Translations under genes and position numbers: made by a program | The notes under the pieces: generated by a model | Seen by the model: the letters and a program-made list of their open reading frames with translations, nothing else | The model's database searches: none | What the model was told of the DNA's origin: nothing | Shown here: positions 57,430 through 64,000 of the stretch, one piece after another | Layout: each line of letters begins with the position of its first letter | Position numbering within the stretch: position 1 is the first letter of the stretch | From: Nanobdellota archaeon | GTDB taxonomy: Archaea; Aenigmatarchaeota; Aenigmatarchaeia; Aenigmatarchaeales; Aenigmatarchaeaceae | Length of the DNA stretch: 64,000 nt | Direction of reading: 5' to 3' | Assembly: GCA_018901755.1 (NCBI GenBank) | Contig: JAHIDZ010000004.1 | Span: forward strand, 4,265-68,264

Positions 57430-58212
57430 ATGATGAATTTATTTAAAAAAAGAATAGTGCCAAAAACACAGGTTTGGATAGATAATGGCTCTGGTTATTT
57501 AGGTACCTCTATTTCTCGATCAATAATTATATATCCAGACCAGAATGTTGCATTTGATCCTCATGATATCGGAGATCGTGAAAATGATATCAGAAAATAT
57601 TTGAAAGAAAATACCAATATATTTGTTCCGCCATGGAACGCATATTTACAGAAAAAAAGAGGAGGTGGACTACTGGGCTGGGGGGATGATGCTAGACAAC
57701 AGTTAGGTTATAAGTTAGCAACTAATGTTTTTCCAGAATTGAAAGATTTTAAATACGATAAAAATGATAATAGTTTTGATGTATATTATCTCAGTCTTGG
57801 TGATGTTTTTGGTACAGTAGAATTACCTATAAAAGTAGATCCTTTAAGAACTAAAAAAGTAAAAGCACTAGCAGTTTCTGGGTATGATAATGCAAAGAAA
57901 GGTTATGGAGACAGAACAGTTGTTGCTACATATTTGGTAGCATCGCCTAATTTGGAAGAAACAATTGACATTTTCAAAAAGAATTATAGCCTAAAAGAGG
58001 TTTTTGAAAGTATAGGACTTAATGTAGATAGTATTAAATCTGCAAGTAAAGGAGGTTTTGAACCCAGTAGATTTCAAGAAGAAGGAGAATATCATAATAG
58101 AAGTAGAAAAGGTTGTTTAAATGCCGACGAGCCACTTAACCAAGATGTTATAGATTTTTTGTCAGAGTATTTTAACAAAGAAAAGTTAACAAAGAAAAAA
58201 ATGATAAGGTGA
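57430..58212 (+). CDS. hypothetical protein P3 (260 aa) with N-terminal D-x-G-S-G-x-x-G loop reminiscent of ASKHA/actin-fold phosphate-1 motif
   Basis: 'TQVWIDNGSGYLGTSIS'; assignment weak. Confidence 0.3.
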   Translation: MMNLFKKRIVPKTQVWIDNGSGYLGTSISRSIIIYPDQNVAFDPHDIGDRENDIRKYLKENTNIFVPPWNAYLQKKRGGGLLGWGDDARQQLGYKLATNVFPELKDFKYDKNDNSFDVYYLSLGDVFGTVELPIKVDPLRTKKVKALAVSGYDNAKKGYGDRTVVATYLVASPNLEETIDIFKKNYSLKEVFESIGLNVDSIKSASKGGFEPSRFQEEGEYHNRSRKGCLNADEPLNQDVIDFLSEYFNKEKLTKKKMIR

Positions 58213-58215
58213 TTT

Positions 58216-58770
58216 ATGATGACTAAGATAGCAAAAACTCCAAGTGGCTGCTCTGGCTGTGTAATTGCAATTCCAACAAAACAGACTTATAGTGATTTGG
58301 GGCGATCTGAAGCTATAGACATATATCGAAAGATGTCAGGTCCTGATTTTGAAAAACAGCTTACAACATCAGAAGAAATAATGTTTGAAAAGGAAGAAAT
58401 TATTGTTACACATGGTCCTATGTCTAATAAAAGAATAATTAGAACAGTAGCACCATTTAATATTTTAGACACTTGGTACAAAGAACCTGCCAATAATTCA
58501 GCACTTGGTAATTTGATATATACGGAAATAGATGGATTTCCAGTTGCAGAATATTGCGCAATTGTAGATAATCTTATCGGAAATAGAGGATCATATTATA
58601 TGGCCCACGATATAGCTAATTATTATAGACAGCGCGGTTGGGACGCAGTAAGGCTGTTTGGTGGCAATTTATTACCAGCTTCTATAAAGAAGGATAAACA
58701 AACATTACTTAATGTTGAAAAAGAAGTTATTATAGAAATATCTAAGATGATAGAACAGCTGAACGACTGA
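58216..58770 (+). CDS. hypothetical protein P4 (184 aa)
   Basis: translationally coupled to P3 (stop TGA inside the SD of P4). Confidence 0.3.
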   Translation: MMTKIAKTPSGCSGCVIAIPTKQTYSDLGRSEAIDIYRKMSGPDFEKQLTTSEEIMFEKEEIIVTHGPMSNKRIIRTVAPFNILDTWYKEPANNSALGNLIYTEIDGFPVAEYCAIVDNLIGNRGSYYMAHDIANYYRQRGWDAVRLFGGNLLPASIKKDKQTLLNVEKEVIIEISKMIEQLND

Positions 58771-58789
58771 TTTACGACAGTCAAACTAT

Positions 58790-59626
58790 CTATTCTTGCG
58801 CATGATATATTTTAGAAATTTTAGAAATTGCCTCTGGTAAATAACCTAGTGGTGATTTTATACTCACTGTTTTTTTTCTAAAATTTATACTAGCAGAACT
58901 TTCAATTTTTATTTTACGATCTAAAAGAATATCATCAATATGAACTTCTAATAGATTTTTAAGAGGCGAATGTAAAATTTTAGTGATACTATTTTCTCCA
59001 GTATATTTTATTTTTTTAGTATAATTATTATCTAAACTTGTTATATTGAAATCATTATTATCAACTAATCCATTTGCTATTCCCATTGCAATGTTATATC
59101 CATTAAATTGAGTATTCTTTTCTTTTGTAAAAATAGTTAAATTATCATTACTACAGTTAAATTTATTATTTTTATTTTTCGGAATAAACGGAGCTACGGT
59201 TTTTTTTAGAGTCTCTCCCTTTATTTTCAAGTCATTTTCTGTACCTGTAATATATATTCCACTTGGTTGCCCAGATATGTACAAATCTTTAGTTTCATTA
59301 CAGAGAAATATGTGTTCTATAGGTACATTATGGTTTTCGGCTAATTTAGATGTATGATGCATTACGTTTGGTGTTATATGACGACTGGTTCCACTTGTTG
59401 ATAATTTTCCATAATATGATAGAGTAATCTCAGAACCAATTTTATGATAAGAATCAATTGTACCTGCTACTTTTTTTGGAATAAATTCAGTTTCTATTTT
59501 AGCCATGCGTCCATTTATTTCGAAATTGATAAGTTTTGCATAATCATTTTTTTCCAATTCAGAAACAACATTTTTAAGCATGTGCACATTAATTCCTTTC
59601 ATAATATTATTTAGAACAGAAAACAA
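58790..59626 (-). CDS. hypothetical N/K/I-rich protein (278 aa)
   Basis: ORF only. Confidence 0.3.
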   Translation of the reverse strand: MFSVLNNIMKGINVHMLKNVVSELEKNDYAKLINFEINGRMAKIETEFIPKKVAGTIDSYHKIGSEITLSYYGKLSTSGTSRHITPNVMHHTSKLAENHNVPIEHIFLCNETKDLYISGQPSGIYITGTENDLKIKGETLKKTVAPFIPKNKNNKFNCSNDNLTIFTKEKNTQFNGYNIAMGIANGLVDNNDFNITSLDNNYTKKIKYTGENSITKILHSPLKNLLEVHIDDILLDRKIKIESSASINFRKKTVSIKSPLGYLPEAISKISKIYHAQE

Positions 59627-59642
59627 TTTAAACCTATTAGAA

Positions 59643-60890
59643 TTAACCTTTGCAGCATCCGAGCGGGACTAATCTGCAGACAAGGTTTCCTATTCCGGCC
59701 TCGTGACTGACTCTAGCAATTTCGTCGATGTCTTTGTAGCAAGCATCGGCCTCTTCTGCAGCGCCGTCTTTGCTGGCAGTTTTAATAAAAATACCTCTTT
59801 TTGAAAGATTAGATATTATTTTATCGCCACTGAATTGTTTCAGCGCCGCGTGTCTGCTCATAACCCTACCGGCTCCATGGGCAGTTGACCCAAAGGTTTC
59901 TTTCATACCCCTTTCCGTTCCGACTAAAATATAAGACGCGGTTCCAAATGATCCTGGAAGAATAACTGGTTGTCCTACGCTTCGGTAAGCCATTGGTATT
60001 TCAGGATGACCTTTAGGAAATGCTCGAGTTGCTCCTTTTCTATGAACATAGACTTTAGTTTTGTGCCCGTCAATATCATGTTCTTCTATTTTGGCAATAT
60101 TGTGAGCAACATCATAAACTATATCCATACCGAGAGACTCGGGTGACTGGTTTAAAACTTTCTGGAAAGCCTTTCTAACCCAATGAACTATCATCTGTCT
60201 GTTGCACCAAGCAAAATTTGCTGCGCAAGACATTGCTTTGAAATATTCGTCTGCGAGTTGCGATTGAGCTGGCGCGTAAATTAATTCTCGATCAGGCAAT
60301 TTACTTATGATTTCAGGGAAGGCTCGTTCCATTTTTCTAAGATAATCTGAACAGACCTGATGACCTAGCCCACGAGAACCAGTGTGAATCATTACAGTAA
60401 TCTGCCCTTCGCGTTCAATGCCAAATGCTTTAGCTGTTTCAATATCATAAATTTTATCAACTTTCTGAATCTCAAGGAAGTGATTGCCTGCGCCCAGCGA
60501 GCCGGACTGCGGCATGCCGCGTTTCTTAGCATCGTCTGAGACAAATCTTGGATCAGCTTCTAACATTTGTCCGTTAGATTCAAGATGTTCTAAATCTTTT
60601 TTCCAACCATATTCATTATCAACAGCCCATTTAGCGCCGAGCTTTAAAAGATTATCAAACTCGTCCTGTGTCTTAACTCTTACCAAACCTTTAGAACCCA
60701 AACCAGACGGCACGTTTACGAACATTTCATTTACTAGTTTTGGAATTATATTCTTTACATCGTCGAACATCAGATTAGTTCTAAGCAGTCTCACGCCGCA
60801 GTTAATATCATAACCAATTCCACCCGGACTTATTCCACCTTTGTAAAAGTCTAAAGCAGCAACGCCGCCAATCGGAAAGCCGTTTAAGGT
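59643..60890 (-). pseudogene. rtcB: RtcB RNA ligase, C-terminal 415 codons (open frame has no start codon; begins 'TLNGFPIGGVAALDFYKGGISPGGIGYDINCGVRLLRTNL')
   Basis: conserved RtcB motifs GFPIGG, SPGGIGYDINCG, 'HGAGR'; frame open up to TGA at 60891-60893. Confidence 0.7.
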
Positions 60891-60900
60891 TCAGTTAAAA

Positions 60901-61131
60901 TTAATTAACCAAATATCCTTCATGGCCATCCGGTAGGATTATTGCATGTTTGTATATTCCTGGCAATGTTGCGACTCCGGCAATCTGTTCTAATGATCTA
61001 TCATTTTTCATTTTTTCTATCAGTTTGTCTGAAGCAATCACTATTCCAGGTACATGCATGTTAGGTATGCTGCCGATTGGTATCTGCCAATGCACATCGT
61101 CTATTTTCTTTAGTTGTATCATATTTATCAT
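60901..61131 (-). pseudogene. rtcB: RtcB N-terminal 76 codons ending '...LPDGHEGY LVN*'
   Basis: matches RtcB N-terminus through the PDxHxGY motif, then stops; separated from the rest by a 31-nt stop-containing insert. Confidence 0.7.
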
Positions 61132-61305
61132 TATGTTGCCTCCTTTATAAATTTATATGAAAAATATATTGATTTTTAGCAGCCATAATGCTTTTAATGA
61201 GCGTAGGAGCTGTTGTATTTGGGGCGTTTTTGGAAGTTTTTATATAACTATAATATAAAGTAAAGTTTATTAACGAATCAAAGTAATTATTGGTAAGGGG
61301 TTTAG

Positions 61306-64000
61306 ATGAAGAAAATAATGTTTTTAGTATTATTTATTTTTGTATTGCTATCTATAAATGGATTTGCGGATTTTAATGAGTGTTATGACCAAGACAATTT
61401 TGGGTATAACATATCGTCTTCGCCAGTTATTGATTCAAACAATGATATTGTTTGCAATGATACTACGGCATTGGTGTCAGCAGATATATTAATTAGTGGT
61501 AATTTGACATTAAACAATTTTAGTATTATATTTGCAATGTCAAAACAAGCAAATGGAGCACGAAACATAACAGCAAATGCAGGCTCAAACTTTATAATAG
61601 ATAATCAGACAAATATAACATCAGATGATATAACTCTTGGTTATACGTTCAAAGTTGAAGCAGATCAATTCAGCATGAAAAATTCATATCTGAGTGGTTG
61701 TGGGTATTCTGATACTATAAACAAAGGCTTGCTTCTATACACAAACGATTCGATAATAGTAAACAATACTATTTACAATAATACTAATTATGCACTGTGG
61801 TTGGTTACTTCAAACAATTCACTAATAGAAAACAATACATTCTTTAACAATAGTTATTCTATTGTTGTCACAGATAGCGATTTTGTTGATATCGTTAATA
61901 ATTCAATAGTGAATGAGGACAATTATGGAATATATGTATATAATCAAAATACAAATACAACAATCGAGAGAAATACCATAACATTTGACGGAACTGTAGA
62001 GAACGACGCAATACATATCAACAATGCAAACCAAAATACCACAGTACAAGATAATAATATATCGTTTAACAAGAATGGAATATTTTTAGACGACTATACA
62101 CAGGATACTAGAGTGATGGGTAATAATATATTTAATTCCACGGAATATGGAATACAAGTTTATTGTAGAAATGATCGTTATATTATTGAAAACAATACAA
62201 TTTATTATAATAATAATGGTATAGGAATCATTGCAGATGGGTCAAAAAACTGTCCGAATAATTATTATATCAATATTAGTTATAATAATATAACACAAAA
62301 TACAGGCGCTGGCGTAAATATCACGTGGTCTTCGGTTTTTATCATGAATAATAGTATAACAACAAACGAATATGGTATACTTGGTAGAGATATATCGTCT
62401 ATGTATAACATTAACAATAGTTATAATAATATATCTGCGAACACCTATGGAATATATTATTCCGAAATTTCAGATGGTGTTTCAAATATGTATTTGGATA
62501 ATAATGTTATAGAAGATTCCAGTTATGCAATATACACCAATGATATCAGTACTCCTATGTACTTCAATAATAATAGTATAACAGGATCAACAACATATGA
62601 TGTTTATAATATTAATTCAGCAGGAGCAATTTTTACAAATATTGGTATAAACAATACAACTGCATCATTTAATGGAGTAGACTTTACAATAAAGGATGAA
62701 CCAAACCCACCTGCTAATACAACTGGATTAATTTCGCTTGATTCATATCTAAATATTACAAACACATCAACAGATTCGTGGATATACTTAAATCTTACAT
62801 ATGATGAATCAAAATCAACAGACGAAGATAAAATCAGATTATGGGAACATGATGAAACCTCTTGGTCAAATATATCATCAACAGTAGATACAACAAACAA
62901 TTATGTTTATGGAAACATAACTTCATTTTCAATCTTCGCAGTGTTTGAAGATGTAGGATATCCACAGATAACAATCCAGTTTCCAACTAACACGACTTAT
63001 GCAACAAACTGGTTCTGGGCAAATGTAACAGTAGATGAAACTGTAGATTGGTGCGGAGCCGACATTGATTCGAATACGACAAATGTAACCTTAACAAATT
63101 CAACGGGTAATTGGAATCTAAACATTACAAACATATCAGATGGAAATCATAACATAACATTTTTTTGCAACGACACAGCTGGAAATATGAATTATACAGA
63201 TGTAAATTTCACAATAGACACAGCAGCGCCAATTCGTTCAGCAGGCAGTCCGTCAGGATCAATATATTCAACCTCAGCAACAGTTTCATTAACAACAAAC
63301 GAAGCAGCAGTCTGTCGTTATGCAACATCATCAGGAATACCATATTCATCAATGTTATTACCAACATCATCAAGTACGAGCCACTCGTGGCCAGTTGAAA
63401 CAATCGTGCCAGGAACATACACATATTACGTAAGATGTAACGATACGTTTGGAAATTACAATACAGATGATTATACAACCAGTTTCACTAAAACTGTAAC
63501 AACTACTGGAGATACTGGATCAATAGGAACAGGAGATGATGACACCGATTCAGGAGATACAACTGATCCATCAGATACAGGAACAGAAACATCTATAGCA
63601 GACATTCCATTGAATAGACCTTATCAAATTCCATCTGGTGGATTGTGTATGAAAGTAACAGAAGGATTGTGCATTTCTGTTTTCGGAGACAGTGTAATTG
63701 TATATAACGTCACGGCAATAGATCCAAATCAATTCAAAGTATTATTATGTAATCAAACATATCTTGAGGCGTTTGAAATAAACGTGACAGCAGACAACGC
63801 TTACCTATGTTTCGATACAACTACTGTTGATACTAGAGCAATTTCTATTTATTCATTTGACGGCGAATGGAATCAGTTAACAAATGTAACACAAATCGGA
63901 AATCAAATCTGTGGACGCATTACAAGTACACCATACATGGTAGCCGGTTTCAAATCATCGCCAACTCAGGAAACAGCATTAAATTCAATAATCTTGGCCG
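61306..64000 (+). CDS. N-terminal part of very large secreted protein with parallel beta-helix (PbH1-like) repeats and dense NxS/T sequons (continues beyond window)
   Basis: my hand translation from ATG 61306 found no in-frame stop to 64000; signal peptide 'MKKIMFLVLFIFVLLSINGFA'; repeated 'NNTIYNNTNYALWL','NNSIVNEDNYGIYVYN','NNISFNKNGIFLDD' beta-helix-like units. Confidence 0.6.
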   Translation, partial: MKKIMFLVLFIFVLLSINGFADFNECYDQDNFGYNISSSPVIDSNNDIVCNDTTALVSADILISGNLTLNNFSIIFAMSKQANGARNITANAGSNFIIDNQTNITSDDITLGYTFKVEADQFSMKNSYLSGCGYSDTINKGLLLYTNDSIIVNNTIYNNTNYALWLVTSNNSLIENNTFFNNSYSIVVTDSDFVDIVNNSIVNEDNYGIYVYNQNTNTTIERNTITFDGTVENDAIHINNANQNTTVQDNNISFNKNGIFLDDYTQDTRVMGNNIFNSTEYGIQVYCRNDRYIIENNTIYYNNNGIGIIADGSKNCPNNYYINISYNNITQNTGAGVNITWSSVFIMNNSITTNEYGILGRDISSMYNINNSYNNISANTYGIYYSEISDGVSNMYLDNNVIEDSSYAIYTNDISTPMYFNNNSITGSTTYDVYNINSAGAIFTNIGINNTTASFNGVDFTIKDEPNPPANTTGLISLDSYLNITNTSTDSWIYLNLTYDESKSTDEDKIRLWEHDETSWSNISSTVDTTNNYVYGNITSFSIFAVFEDVGYPQITIQFPTNTTYATNWFWANVTVDETVDWCGADIDSNTTNVTLTNSTGNWNLNITNISDGNHNITFFCNDTAGNMNYTDVNFTIDTAAPIRSAGSPSGSIYSTSATVSLTTNEAAVCRYATSSGIPYSSMLLPTSSSTSHSWPVETIVPGTYTYYVRCNDTFGNYNTDDYTTSFTKTVTTTGDTGSIGTGDDDTDSGDTTDPSDTGTETSIADIPLNRPYQIPSGGLCMKVTEGLCISVFGDSVIVYNVTAIDPNQFKVLLCNQTYLEAFEINVTADNAYLCFDTTTVDTRAISIYSFDGEWNQLTNVTQIGNQICGRITSTPYMVAGFKSSPTQETALNSIILA

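Noticed and set aside
60860-60930. Canonical bulge-helix-bulge intron explaining the RtcB interruption
   Set aside because: Hand folding gives helices and one 3-nt bulge at the 5' junction, but not the two opposed 3-nt bulges separated by a 4-bp helix with the splice sites correctly placed. Kept only as a hypothesis in the findings.
1-64000. CRISPR arrays, IS elements/transposases, integrases, rRNA genes
   Set aside because: No short regularly spaced repeats, no DDE/tyrosine-recombinase-like ORFs and no rRNA-like GC-rich blocks were seen in the window.

Overview
The window is AT-rich (about 30% GC), gene-dense and clearly archaeal, and the gene content and compact layout suggest a small-genome, DPANN-like archaeon. 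This lineage call is an inference from content and layout alone.

The backbone is archaeal information-processing genes. These include:
- Ribosomal proteins S3Ae, S15, S24e, S27ae, S26e and L37ae.
- RNA polymerase subunits Rpo7/RpoE, Spt4, RpoP and RpoF.
- The exosome operon Rrp4-Rrp41-Rrp42 with SBDS and proteasome alpha.
- Proteasome beta, aCPSF1, and the KEOPS parts Bud32, Kae1 and Pcc1.
- Prefoldin beta, SepF, Trm1, Mre11-Rad50, TatD, Nudix, pyrophosphatase and a CsaA-like tRNA-binding protein.
- ValRS, MetRS and ProRS, plus tRNA-Ile(GAU) and tRNA-Pro(UGG).

Interspersed with these are accessory and unusual features:
1. Two large LAGLIDADG-type inteins, one in a RecJ/GAN-like DHH nuclease and one in aRF1 inserted immediately after the GGQ motif.
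2. Two paralogous free-standing LAGLIDADG-like plus winged-helix proteins.
3. An MNT-nucleotidyltransferase/HEPN-like cassette bounded by perfect 39-bp direct repeats that duplicate the 3' end of a small membrane-protein gene.
4. A conserved roughly 65-bp promoter-like element with inverted-repeat arms around a TATA box, in three good copies and one degenerate copy, sitting in front of paralogous small-protein operons.
5. A tightly translationally coupled four-gene operon of unknown function, 56755-58770, with a repeated AGGTGATTTATGATGA junction and tandem Cys-rich paralogs.
6. Disruptions in two otherwise conserved genes: Kae1 has an N-terminal frameshift, and RtcB has a 31-nt stop-containing insertion exactly between its conserved 'GY' and 'GFPIGG' motifs.
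7. Very large secreted proteins rich in N-glycosylation sequons (DUF2341/LamG and parallel beta-helix types) at both ends of the window.

No CRISPR array, transposase or integrase was recognised.
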